Shown here: positions 40,943-50,411 of the stretch, one piece after another | Numbering within the stretch: the first letter of the stretch is position 1 | Layout of the letters: each line of letters starts with the position of its first letter | DNA from: Candidatus Latescibacterota bacterium | Lineage (GTDB): Bacteria; Latescibacterota; UBA2968; GCA-2709665 | DNA length: 64,000 nucleotides | Direction: 5' to 3' | NCBI GenBank assembly: GCA_965237675.1 | Contig: OZ250150.1 | Coordinates: forward strand, 4,608,001-4,672,000 | Notes under the pieces: generated by a model | What the model saw: only the letters and a program-made list of their open reading frames with translations | Database searches by the model: none | What the model was told of the DNA's origin: nothing | Program-made: the position numbers and the translations under genes

Positions 40943-42211
40943 GTGGCAGTTTGCGCCGATAAACACAAATTCGCCTCCAGGCGAGCCCTGGAGGCTCTCC
41001 GAAACGGCGTACCCAACAGGGACGCAGTGAAGATATTGGGCTGCAACCAGCCTGAGGCTGAAGATCAGTTCGAAGGCATGTTGACCGGGGCTACGGAAGG
41101 CGTCGACCTTTCGTCCGGCACTTTGGGGATCCTGGTCTCAGGCGATTTCGGCTCCGGCAAGTCTCACCTGCTTACTCACCTGGAAGATCGGGCTCTTTCC
41201 CAGGGTTTCGTTTGTAGCAAGGTGACCATCAGCAAGGAGACGCCGCTATACGACCTGGGCAAGGTCTTCAAGTCGGCCGTGGATAACGCCCAGATGCCTG
41301 GCCGTACCGGCCGGTTGATGGAGGAACTGGGACAGGCGTTGAAGCCAGATTCACAAGAATACGCCGGCTTCTTTAAGTGGGCAAACGATACGGGGTCTAA
41401 CGGGCTGAGCCAGATGTTCCCCGCCAGTCTGCTCGTTCACGAACGGGCGGGCGACCTCGAGCTGAACAACGAGATAGAGAACTTCTGGGCGGGCGACAGA
41501 ATCTACATTTCCCGGGTCAAGAATGGCCTCAGGCAGATAGGGCAAAAGCAGAGTTACTCCTTCCGAGCGCCCAGGGTCGCCGACCTGCCGCCCCAGCGTC
41601 TCCGTTTCGCCGTCCAGCTGATCAAGGCTGCTGGTTACAAGGGTTGGGTGGTGCTGCTGGACGAGATCGAACTCGTCGGTTCGTACTCTCTCCTGCAGCG
41701 GGGAAGGTCTTACGCCGAGCTGGCTCGCTGGCTGGGACAGGCCGGCAGCGGGTCCTATCCCGGGCTGAGAACCGTGGGATCCGTCACCAACGATTTTGCT
41801 TCCGCAATCATCACGGATGGAAAAAAAGACCGCGACTACGTGGTACCAAAGTTGGATAGTACGGATCGTTACGAAAGTTTGAAGGCAGACGCCGATACCG
41901 GTATGAGATTGCTCGTGCGAGGATGTTTGCCGTTGAATCAACCAACAGACGCGGACGTTCAATTGACCATGGAGAATCTACGGAGACTCTACACCGACGC
42001 CTACGGCTGGGATGCTCCGCCGGTACCAATTAGGGCCGGCGGCGCCGGGTATCAGAACCGGATGCGCTACAAGGTCCGCGCCGCCATCAATGAATGGGAT
42101 TTGATGCGGCGCTATCCTGACTACCAGCCCAATACTGAGGGCGAGGAGTTCCGACACCCCTATGCAGAGAACGCCGACCTCGAACGAGAGTCCCGGGACG
42201 ACACTGATTAA
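40943..42211 (+). CDS. DUF2791/BrxD-like P-loop ATPase
   Basis: RRALEALRNGVP N-terminus; Walker A GDFGSGKS; ISKETPL; Walker B VVLLDEIE. Confidence 0.85.
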   Translation: MAVCADKHKFASRRALEALRNGVPNRDAVKILGCNQPEAEDQFEGMLTGATEGVDLSSGTLGILVSGDFGSGKSHLLTHLEDRALSQGFVCSKVTISKETPLYDLGKVFKSAVDNAQMPGRTGRLMEELGQALKPDSQEYAGFFKWANDTGSNGLSQMFPASLLVHERAGDLELNNEIENFWAGDRIYISRVKNGLRQIGQKQSYSFRAPRVADLPPQRLRFAVQLIKAAGYKGWVVLLDEIELVGSYSLLQRGRSYAELARWLGQAGSGSYPGLRTVGSVTNDFASAIITDGKKDRDYVVPKLDSTDRYESLKADADTGMRLLVRGCLPLNQPTDADVQLTMENLRRLYTDAYGWDAPPVPIRAGGAGYQNRMRYKVRAAINEWDLMRRYPDYQPNTEGEEFRHPYAENADLERESRDDTD

Positions 42212-42246
42212 AATGCGACCATTTCTCCTTCCTGGGGGAAACTGAA

Positions 42247-44379
42247 TTGCCGGAACTTTTTGATGAACTGAAATCGGTGAATACGGGATCCGGCGCGGTG
42301 GCCTGGCTGCGGTTCGTCGAAGAAAAGGGCGGTAATGGCATACGGGCGGCGCTATTCCAGACGTCCGCACAGGGTGAACCACTGGACTTCTGCTTCACGC
42401 GGACGGTTTGCTCGGGATCTGGCGGACAACTGGCAATCGTCAAGCCGGGTTTCTTGCTATCGCTGGTAAAATCACTACTCAGAGCTATCACTTCTGTGCC
42501 AACGTTGATACTCGCTCGGGCCGATGAAGTACCTTATGGATCGATCAACGAAGAAATAAAGGTACAAGTACCCTTTTGCCGTATCGCAACATCCGGTGTT
42601 CGGCCCAATGGCGAATCGGACGACCCGCATAACGAAGGCTATGAATTGCTTTGGGTTACTGAAAAACCCAATCCAGATACCGAAGCGAGCCAACTTCTCG
42701 TAGAGATACTGGACCGGGGCAATCCCGCTGAACCTTTCGAACGGGCGACTGCAGGATTGGACGTAGCGTTTGGCGACGATCGGATTCACGCTGTCACCGA
42801 CCTTTCGGGTTTGGCCGTTGTAGTGAGCTTATCTTCATTGCCCGAACGCCCCGGATATCCAGCCAGCGATTACTCGGCAATTCGTGAGAATATCCATAAG
42901 GCAAGTTCAGGCCCACGACCCGACGTAACTCTGGCCGAACGTTTGTGGACCGTTCTGGCCAATCCGCCGGAACCTTCGCGAACGATCCCGCTGCATTGGG
43001 CCGGTGACTTGATGCCCTTCCAGGAGCAGGGTGTCCGGGCTTTGCTGGAAAACCGCCGGCTGCTGTTAGCCGACGACATGGGCCTGGGTAAAACCGTACA
43101 GGCGATCACAGCCTTACGGATTCTCCGGGCACGTCGCGAAATCAAATCGTGCTTGATCACGGCTCCTGCAAGCGTGCTGAACCAGTGGCGGCGCGAAATC
43201 GAAAAGTGGGCGCCTGAGCTTTCCGCCATCATCATCCGTGGTTCGGTATCGGACCGCAGTTGGCAGTGGCATGCCGAGAAAGAAATAACACTCGTGAGTT
43301 ACGATACTCTGAGGTCCGACTTCAGCACCCAATCTCTGGTGGGTCGCAAAAATTGGGATGTGGTCGTAGCGGACGAGGCTCAGAGAATCAAGAACCGCAA
43401 CGATACGAGCGATGCCCTGAAGGGGTTGAAAAGAAATCGCTCCTGGGCTCTGACCGGCACCCCTATGGAAAATCGCGAAGAGGAGCTGGCCTCGATACTG
43501 GAGTTCGTTGATTATGACCGCACTGGAGTGACAAAGCGGTACCGTCCAGGTGTGGAATTGCAGAGGCGTCACCGTGAGTTGCAGGTTCGACGCAAAAAAG
43601 CGGAGGTCTTGAAAGACCTGCCCGTCAAGCAGGTCACGAAGGCAGACATCGAGTTGGGCTCCCGCCAACGCGAGAGCTACGATAAGGCCGAACAGGAAGG
43701 CATCGTCTACCTGAAGTCTCTTGGCGCGGAAGTCAACGTGCGGCACGTGCTTGAGCTCATCACTCGCTTGAAGCAAATCTGTAACGCCGACCCAAAGACC
43801 GGTGAATCCAGCAAATTGGCCGACATCAAGGACCGCGTGGACCAACTGGTATCCCAGGGACACAAGACGCTAATCTTTTCGCAATACGTCAGCGACACAT
43901 CCGGCGTGGGCGCCGTGGCCAACCACGTGCGAGATTTCATTCCGCTTACCATCACGGGAGACTTGCCCCAGGAGGAGCGAGCCGAGATCATCGAACGATT
44001 CAAAACCTGCAGCGAACACAAAGTGTTGGTACTGTCGCTGCGGGCGGGCGGACTGGGATTGAACCTGCAGGAGGCGTCCTACGTGATTCACCTGGACCGT
44101 TGGTGGAACCCCGCCGTAGAAAGTCAAGCCGAAGACCGAAGCCACCGCATCGGCCAGACGGTCAAAGTCAACGTCATCAAGTATTCCTGCATCGGAACCA
44201 TTGAGGAGCGTATTGACGATATTCTGGAGAACAAACGGGAACTGTTCAACCAACTCATCGACGATGTGTCGATGGATCTGTCCGCCCAGTTGAACAGTGA
44301 TGAACTTTTCGGGCTGTTCGGACTAGCACGGCCGCTCGACTCGTGCATTCAGGATAAAAAAGGACCAATCCAAAAGTAG
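42247..44379 (+). CDS. SNF2-family helicase/translocase with an extra ~250-aa N-terminal region
   Basis: LADDMGLGKT, DEAQ, LTGTPMEN, LIFSQ, AGGLGLNL, WWNPAVESQAEDRSHRIGQ all intact. Confidence 0.95.
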   Translation: MPELFDELKSVNTGSGAVAWLRFVEEKGGNGIRAALFQTSAQGEPLDFCFTRTVCSGSGGQLAIVKPGFLLSLVKSLLRAITSVPTLILARADEVPYGSINEEIKVQVPFCRIATSGVRPNGESDDPHNEGYELLWVTEKPNPDTEASQLLVEILDRGNPAEPFERATAGLDVAFGDDRIHAVTDLSGLAVVVSLSSLPERPGYPASDYSAIRENIHKASSGPRPDVTLAERLWTVLANPPEPSRTIPLHWAGDLMPFQEQGVRALLENRRLLLADDMGLGKTVQAITALRILRARREIKSCLITAPASVLNQWRREIEKWAPELSAIIIRGSVSDRSWQWHAEKEITLVSYDTLRSDFSTQSLVGRKNWDVVVADEAQRIKNRNDTSDALKGLKRNRSWALTGTPMENREEELASILEFVDYDRTGVTKRYRPGVELQRRHRELQVRRKKAEVLKDLPVKQVTKADIELGSRQRESYDKAEQEGIVYLKSLGAEVNVRHVLELITRLKQICNADPKTGESSKLADIKDRVDQLVSQGHKTLIFSQYVSDTSGVGAVANHVRDFIPLTITGDLPQEERAEIIERFKTCSEHKVLVLSLRAGGLGLNLQEASYVIHLDRWWNPAVESQAEDRSHRIGQTVKVNVIKYSCIGTIEERIDDILENKRELFNQLIDDVSMDLSAQLNSDELFGLFGLARPLDSCIQDKKGPIQK

Positions 44380-44632
44380 AGTAGAGATGGGGCGCAGCGT
44401 GATTCGAGCCGTGACCGAAAAGCGCGAGACGCAGACGCAAACCTTCCGCGTGTTTGCAGTTCCGTGGCAGGCAATCCACACGTGTCTGCGCCTTGCTGTG
44501 CCGATCTCGCGATGGCACACAGTGTGATGCTCAACCCTGCCCTTCGGCCAACGCCCTTTTTGCTGTCGTATTATCTACCAATAGACGATATAACGCGATT
44601 CACAAACCCTCGAGCCAAAAGGAGATCTCACA

Positions 44633-44836
44633 TTGCAGGCTCCAACACCGCAAGACAAACTGGCCGAATTTGACGCCCGTTCGTCGCGGATCGAGGGGAT
44701 TGTTGAGCAGATGGATGCACGCTTGAACAGCCTCCAGCAAGGCCAACGTGATATTTTGTCCTGGATTCGATGGCTTTTAGGAATCCAGATTACAAGCTTG
44801 ATCACGCTTGGCACGCTCATTTTGATCAAGCTTTGA
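44633..44836 (+). CDS. small coiled-coil protein with C-terminal TM helix
   Basis: RBS AAGGAG then TTG; heptad region followed by WLLGIQITSLITLGTLILIKL. Confidence 0.6.
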   Translation: MQAPTPQDKLAEFDARSSRIEGIVEQMDARLNSLQQGQRDILSWIRWLLGIQITSLITLGTLILIKL

Positions 44837-45099
44837 TCGAGCTTGGATAACCCCAACTGCGGGTTTCCAATTCCGCGATATAGACCCGCGGCCTCATTGA
44901 AACCCCTTCGACAAGCTCCTAAGTGTCGGTACTGATGCATCCGTCAACGTTCGGCGTTGCTTCGCCATCTTCATTGTTCCCTATTTTTAAAAAGGGAATT
45001 ATAGCGCAAAGTCACATTTCAACGATACCCGCACTTTGTTCCCCTTCCTGTTACGGTCTGTACAACCCGGTACGTACATGCGTTTCTATATTTTTATAC

Positions 45100-45166
45100 T
45101 TGACAAACCGTACTCCGTTAACGTACTTTTGTGAAAAGATATGCAAATGACAACCACGGGAGTACG
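45100..45166 (+). promoter_or_regulatory. sigma70 promoter with inverted-repeat operator
   Basis: TTGACA-18-TACTTT; CGTACTCC (45109) inverted with GGAGTACG (45159), which overlaps the RBS. Confidence 0.6.
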
Positions 45167-45168
45167 CA

Positions 45169-45525
45169 ATGAACGGGAAAACTACAAGGTCGTTGTCAGA
45201 TGTCATTCAAGTAAACGTCCTTTTGTATAGGAACGAAGATGTTTGGATTGCTCAGGGTCTTGAATATGATATTGTTGCTCAAGGACAGACAATACCCCAG
45301 GTCAGGGCTCGGTTTTACGTTACAATTATGACTCATTGCCATTTTGATGCCACAAATAACCGGGAAATCTTACAAGGCATTGAGAAGGCCCCTGAGAAGT
45401 TCTGGACCATGTTTGAAGAAGCCGAGGACGCTCAGCTAAAACGCAATCATCGTCGATTTGCTCTTGATGAATGGAAAACATCTTTGATGCCTGTTGTAAA
45501 AGCGAACTCTCGCGTTTGCGCATGA
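45169..45525 (+). CDS. HicB-like antitoxin (partial RNase H fold)
   Basis: VWIAQGLEYDIVAQGQT resembles the HicB N-terminal domain. Confidence 0.65.
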   Translation: MNGKTTRSLSDVIQVNVLLYRNEDVWIAQGLEYDIVAQGQTIPQVRARFYVTIMTHCHFDATNNREILQGIEKAPEKFWTMFEEAEDAQLKRNHRRFALDEWKTSLMPVVKANSRVCA

Positions 45526-45535
45526 GGATTTCGCT

Positions 45536-45781
45536 GTGTTTTATCTGACGTTTGAACAGTTCAAAGAGTGTTTAATACAAAATTTCGATTGCGAATGTGA
45601 TATTCAGGAAAGCGGCACAGATGTTATTGGAACTTATTGGGGTTTTACCCGCACAGTCGACGGAGAATTACTATATTCAGGAACAGCAGGCAAACCCAAT
45701 GAACAAATCAGGAGACCACAAATCAGAGCAGTTTTGAGAGCATTGCAAATAGACCGGAATGAATTTTACGGTCATGTTTAA
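45536..45781 (+). CDS. small putative toxin, HicA-like
   Basis: 81 aa, 10 bp after the HicB-like gene; C-terminal IRAVLRALQIDRNEF resembles the last HicA helix. Confidence 0.45.
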   Translation: MFYLTFEQFKECLIQNFDCECDIQESGTDVIGTYWGFTRTVDGELLYSGTAGKPNEQIRRPQIRAVLRALQIDRNEFYGHV

Positions 45782-45830
45782 AGAAGCAAATCTCAAAAAG
45801 TAACCTGACCTCCCATAACGCTATCAACAG

Positions 45831-45862
45831 CCTGCCAGAAGTAACATACTGGCAGGTTTTTT
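45831..45862 (+). terminator. intrinsic terminator
   Basis: CCTGCCAG-10-CTGGCAGG followed by TTTTTT. Confidence 0.8.
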
Positions 45863-45901
45863 ATTTCCCTAACCCTTACCCATATTGTTGCCAGCGTTAT
45901 C

Positions 45902-46081
45902 CTACCGCTTCCCTTTCGGATCAACAATCCGAAGTTCTACATCCTGAACAACCGCCCGTAGCAACTCCTCCGGGCTCGCATCTATCACAATCTCCTCTTC
46001 CATCTCCGCCTTCGTTGGCCTATACCGACTATCAACAACCTCTACCACCGGCTTCTTCTTACGCTCATCCGTAGTACCCAT
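45902..46081 (-). CDS. small hypothetical protein at the element end
   Basis: YRPTKAEMEEEIVIDASPEELLRAV; type recalled as flanking IS1595-family transposases; start abuts the inverted end. Confidence 0.55.
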   Translation of the reverse strand: MGTTDERKKKPVVEVVDSRYRPTKAEMEEEIVIDASPEELLRAVVQDVELRIVDPKGKR

Positions 46082-46155
46082 TACAATTCCCATTTGAAAG
46101 CGGGGAACTGTCTCATCTAATATAGGCACAGAGGGTATCGAGTGCTCCCATGTAT

Positions 46156-46911
46156 TCATTCCTCCGATAAATCTGCCGCGATAACACTGAACGCGCCTTT
46201 CGGATGCGTCTCATATTTGCCCTGGGTCAGCGCTTTTTCAAGTGCCGATTTCGCGTTCTCGATAGGACGGGGGTTGTGACCGTTCACGACAATCTCGAAG
46301 TCGTAATCTTCAAGGCGTTCATACCTGCGTCTCATTTCATCGAGACAGACTTCACCATTCATCTGCGACCGGATTCCGCCTTCCTTAATCCAGTACGATA
46401 CGGCCGCACCATCGAACCCTCCCCTGCGGGACTGTCCATATATCGTATCTGCGCAAATCAGGACCCGGGATGTCCTGGAAGCCCTCCACAACAGCCACAT
46501 CTCACCTCTATTATCTCCCGACCAGATCGCGCGAATGTTCCCGGGAAGTATATCGCCATCTCGATATAGTTCATCTGACTTCAGTCTGATACGTGACCTG
46601 GCAGGGGCCAACGCCGGAACGTATACAGGTATCTTGAACCGTCTGCTGAACCACTCGACATCTCGTTGGTGGTTTGGACTCGTGCAGACAACGGCTTGAA
46701 ATCGACAATCTGCATATTCCTTCAGGACATTCGGAGCATGTCTTCCTATGGGCTGAATCGGATCAATCAGAATGGCTCCCTCGGATGTGGAAAGCAGATA
46801 TGACTGTTGAATATCGTTATTGCCCCATGTCGTCCATCGAACCAGTTCTGGCTTTGGTTTTGTCCCGATCTCAATGTGAAACCGGATACCGGACTGAATA
46901 AAGGTCTCCAC
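46156..46911 (-). CDS. MBL-fold-like hypothetical protein
   Basis: ILIDP, TSPNHQRD, LICAD, NGH. Confidence 0.65.
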   Translation of the reverse strand: METFIQSGIRFHIEIGTKPKPELVRWTTWGNNDIQQSYLLSTSEGAILIDPIQPIGRHAPNVLKEYADCRFQAVVCTSPNHQRDVEWFSRRFKIPVYVPALAPARSRIRLKSDELYRDGDILPGNIRAIWSGDNRGEMWLLWRASRTSRVLICADTIYGQSRRGGFDGAAVSYWIKEGGIRSQMNGEVCLDEMRRRYERLEDYDFEIVVNGHNPRPIENAKSALEKALTQGKYETHPKGAFSVIAADLSEE

Positions 46912-47033
46912 ATTTCTCTCCGAAATGGTGGTTTATCACCGTCAAAAAAAATCCCAAAACTGTGCGATGAGCTTGGGAACACCGAATTCGGGTCTCTGCG
47001 TTGTCGGGTATGGCAGTGTCGCGGGGTTGATTT

Positions 47034-47417
47034 CTACACCTGCATTATCTGAATGAGATTGCCGCACGTATCATCAAAGACCGCCAGGATAACGTCTTCC
47101 AACTCGGTCGGCTCCATCGTAAATCTCACCCCGAGTGCATTTAACCGCTCATACTCTGCACGAATATCCTCCACGCCAAAGGCCGTAGCGGCGATACCCT
47201 GTTCGAATATTCCTGTCTGGTATGCCTTTGCTACCGGATTGTCATTCGGCTCGAGCAAAAGCTCAGTCCCGTCCTGGTCTTCGGGTGAAACGACGGTGAG
47301 CCACTTGAACTCCCCGACGGGGATATCATGCTTTTTCACAAAGCCAAGAGCTTCTGTATAGAACTTCAGTGCTTCGTCCTGGTCTTCAACAAATACACTA
47401 TTGAGTATGATCTTCAT
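47034..47417 (-). CDS. VOC/glyoxalase family protein
   Basis: SVFVEDQDEALKFYT...FDDTCGNLIQ. Confidence 0.92.
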   Translation of the reverse strand: MKIILNSVFVEDQDEALKFYTEALGFVKKHDIPVGEFKWLTVVSPEDQDGTELLLEPNDNPVAKAYQTGIFEQGIAATAFGVEDIRAEYERLNALGVRFTMEPTELEDVILAVFDDTCGNLIQIMQV

Positions 47418-47447
47418 TTTGGAGTTGGCCCGGTTTAGTGGTCGGTT

Positions 47448-47840
47448 TCAGTCTTCGGTGTCAAGCCCTGTTCTTATCGCATCCAATCCTATCGCCATAC
47501 CCGGAGGATTGTGATCCATCGCCACGAACCCACTGCTCAACAGATGCGCTCTCAGATTCTTCGGCTCTGCTTTCGGACCAAACTTCAGGATCGGTGGAAG
47601 CTTCCTCTGCTCAATCTCCTCACGAATACGGTGTATCCGGCTCTCGAGAGTTTCGTCGCGGAAGCGAGGTTCGACGAGGTAGTTCGGCCACCACGGCTTT
47701 CCGATGACCACGGTGAAGTCTTCCTCCCTCAAGATGGTTTTTCGGCCCATGGCGGCGGCGAAGAGGAACAGATCGATGTTGTTCTGCTCGATCGCAGCCG
47801 TGACCTGGGAATCCGAATAGTTTTTCAAAATAGAAGACAT
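47448..47840 (-). pseudogene. N-terminal half of a two-domain GNAT-like protein
   Basis: AAIEQN...LLSSGF...PPGMAIGL, ends before any acetyl-CoA motif. Confidence 0.5.
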
Positions 47841-47850
47841 CCATTAAGCC

Positions 47851-48435
47851 TCAGCGCCTGATTTCGCCGCGGAGTTTCGACAGCAAGACCTTGTCGACGT
47901 CCGGAAATCGACACAATTCTGCAAGCAAGGTTTCCACATTCTCATCCGAATACGCCAGCCCTGGTCGACCCAGTTTTTCGCAGGCGCTGATCATGTAGTG
48001 ATTGGCATCTCTCTCGCCCCGCCTGGCTCGCTTAACCGCCCAGGCGATATTCCAGAACGCAGACGTGGCGACAGACCAGTCCGGAAACGGTGAAGGCCAT
48101 TTCTGAAGGGCGTCCCGGTTCGACCTGATATCGAGTTCTATCCTCCAAAACACGGGATAGTCGTGAAAGTTGATCCGGATGTTCTGTGCCATCCTGTCGT
48201 TTTTTTGCTGTGGATCATACCGGACGGAAAGTGGGCCGAAATGTTCTCCCAGACACTCCACCAAAGAATCGAAAAATTCCCGCGTGAGTTCAACCTGGAC
48301 ATTGACTTCAAGGTCGACGTCGCTGTATTCGTCGACTTTCCCTGAGGCGAATGAACCGAGGAAGGTGACCTTTCCCGGTTCGAGATGCCTTCGCAGGACG
48401 GCACGTACCTCGTTTCCGAATTGATGTATCGTCAT
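47851..48435 (-). CDS. nucleotidyltransferase (Pol-beta fold)
   Basis: GSFASGKVDEYSDVD. Confidence 0.8.
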   Translation of the reverse strand: MTIHQFGNEVRAVLRRHLEPGKVTFLGSFASGKVDEYSDVDLEVNVQVELTREFFDSLVECLGEHFGPLSVRYDPQQKNDRMAQNIRINFHDYPVFWRIELDIRSNRDALQKWPSPFPDWSVATSAFWNIAWAVKRARRGERDANHYMISACEKLGRPGLAYSDENVETLLAELCRFPDVDKVLLSKLRGEIRR

Positions 48436-48590
48436 TGCAAAATCACTAAAGGCAGAAAAACAGGTGTGTCTTCATTCAGGCGAGAACTCCGATCGTCCGC
48501 CGACGCCATTCGCCCGCGTCATTCTTCGTCCTGCAGCCTGGGCCCGCTGTTGCCTGAAGTATATTCCCCGGTGCGCGCTGTCGAACAGAG

Positions 48591-49379
48591 CTATTGCCGG
48601 CCATTCAGGAGGAATATCATTTCCGGCGTGTCCGGCCCTATCGGTTTCCGATCAAACGAACCGAATTCCCCCACACCCTCGAGACCTGCAGCGCAGAAAA
48701 GCGCTTTGAGGTGAGGATAAGTATAGACGCTCATCTTGAATGGTTCCACTTCCTCGGATAGAACCTGGTCACCCTCGCACAGCCGGAAGATGAAGGTCCC
48801 GGAAAAAACCAGATTGACCGGGTCGAACCCGTCCTTTACAAAGTACCGCCGGATCATTCGATCCGTCCCATCCTGTGCCGGCCACTCCAGATCCAGAAGT
48901 TCCTCGCCGGCGCCCGATAGTAGCTTGTCGAAGCGGGGATTGAATACGTCAAACGCGAGGACTCCCCCATCTGCCAAATGTCTCCCGGCGTTTCTCAGGG
49001 CTGCCAGTTGGTTTTCTGTCGTATACATATGCTGCATGGGTCTGAATGGGATCACGACCAGGGGATATTGATCGCCAAGACAAAGAGTCCTGAAATCTCC
49101 CTCTACAACTCGTACTCTGCGCCTTACGGCGGCAGGTTCATCGGCGAGCTTTGCCCGCAGGACCTCCAGCATCGCGCGAGATGCATCTATCCCCGTGACG
49201 TCAATGCCCTGTCGGGCAAGCGGCAAAGTGATTCTACCGGTCCCGCAGCCAAGCTCGAGTACAGGTCCCCCATACTCCCTGGCCAGTTCCAGATAGAAGT
49301 CCCTGTCGACCAGGTCTTCCTTGACGCTGTATGCGGCGTCGTAGTGCTTCGCTGCCAGACTGTAGGAATCATCGATCAT
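48591..49379 (-). CDS. class I SAM-dependent methyltransferase
   Basis: VLELGCGTGRI; GDFR. Confidence 0.92.
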   Translation of the reverse strand: MIDDSYSLAAKHYDAAYSVKEDLVDRDFYLELAREYGGPVLELGCGTGRITLPLARQGIDVTGIDASRAMLEVLRAKLADEPAAVRRRVRVVEGDFRTLCLGDQYPLVVIPFRPMQHMYTTENQLAALRNAGRHLADGGVLAFDVFNPRFDKLLSGAGEELLDLEWPAQDGTDRMIRRYFVKDGFDPVNLVFSGTFIFRLCEGDQVLSEEVEPFKMSVYTYPHLKALFCAAGLEGVGEFGSFDRKPIGPDTPEMIFLLNGRQ

Positions 49380-49478
49380 TGTGAGTCGCCCATCGTGCTG
49401 TCAGGGTCTGTCCATTTGATGTAGCGGTGTGCCGGTCTGCGAAACCGGTCAAGCGGCGTTGTCCGCCGTATGGTTCGC

Positions 49479-50291
49479 TCATGCCGAGCCAACCAGTTTC
49501 TCCCTCAGTTTGACCGCCGTCTGGTACGCATCCGCAAGAAACTCAGTCAGCGGTTGAGCGCGATCCTGGGGCACGGCCTCAATCATAACTGGACCTTCGT
49601 ACGATGCGGGATATGCTCTCGAAACTGCATCCCAATTGACGATTCCCTTCATCGGCAACCAGTGAACGTCGCCCTGTCCGTCGGTGTCTGAAAAGTGGGT
49701 CGTGCTGAGACGATTCGCCCACTTCCCAAGCACAGCGGCGGGAGTGCCGGAATGCAGGTAGTCGTGTGAGCTATCGTAGCACAAGCCCAGGCTCTCCAGA
49801 GGAACTTCATCTAAAACGAAGTCCACGTGATTGGTTGCCCTTGTATTCTCAAGCGCCAATTCGATTCCAGCATTTGCTGCTTCCTCGCCCAGCCGTCGAA
49901 AAATGTCCTGTCCTTCCGCGTGAGGCGGAGGCGGCGTTGGCCCCCTGGTTACGTGAAGCACAATGCAGGAAATGGAGTGCCGGCTGCAGTACTCAATCAA
50001 CTTGAGGTTCTCACGAACCAATGCATCGCGTTCGCTGGGCTTTTCAGACCAGAAAGCATTTGCGTCTTCGAATGTTGCGTGGGCGTGATCCACCTTAAGC
50101 CCGGCATCTGCAGCCATTCCCGGCAATTCGTTTGCGCGACCGGATTCCACCAGGGGTTCCTGGCTTCCCATCCACAGAAATGTGTGACTGAAACCACTCT
50201 TCCTGATCAGACTCAGGCGAAAGGAAAAAGGCAGTTGGCAGCCGAACCAGGCAAATGTGCCGAGAGAGGCTTCGGCTCTACCGGGAGTCAT
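49479..50291 (-). CDS. sugar phosphate isomerase/epimerase (xylose isomerase-like TIM barrel)
   Basis: ALEN, CYDSSH, THFSD, HWLP, IE. Confidence 0.85.
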   Translation of the reverse strand: MTPGRAEASLGTFAWFGCQLPFSFRLSLIRKSGFSHTFLWMGSQEPLVESGRANELPGMAADAGLKVDHAHATFEDANAFWSEKPSERDALVRENLKLIEYCSRHSISCIVLHVTRGPTPPPPHAEGQDIFRRLGEEAANAGIELALENTRATNHVDFVLDEVPLESLGLCYDSSHDYLHSGTPAAVLGKWANRLSTTHFSDTDGQGDVHWLPMKGIVNWDAVSRAYPASYEGPVMIEAVPQDRAQPLTEFLADAYQTAVKLREKLVGSA

Positions 50292-50411
50292 GAGTGGCTC
50301 TTCTCATCAATATAGCGCCTGCTGCGCATTGGCGAACAGAGACGATAATCCGGAGCGGATCTGAGAAATCGCTGGAGTGTGTAATCGAAAGGCATATTGC
50401 CGGCGTGCGCG

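Larger units (their letters stand above)
44994..46091. mobile_element. putative non-autonomous IS1595-like element with passenger genes
   Basis: Inverted ends GGGAATTATA ... TACAATTCCC, AT-rich flanks, lower-GC interior, no transposase. Confidence 0.45.

Noticed and set aside
39160-44379. Calling the operon a complete BREX or Shango system
   Set aside because: No pglX, pglZ, pglW or TerB-domain gene, and the helicase is SNF2 rather than BrxHI/Lhr type
44385-44560. GC-rich segment after the SNF2 gene as a tRNA or ncRNA
   Set aside because: No cloverleaf or T-loop/CCA arrangement and no recognisable RNA family
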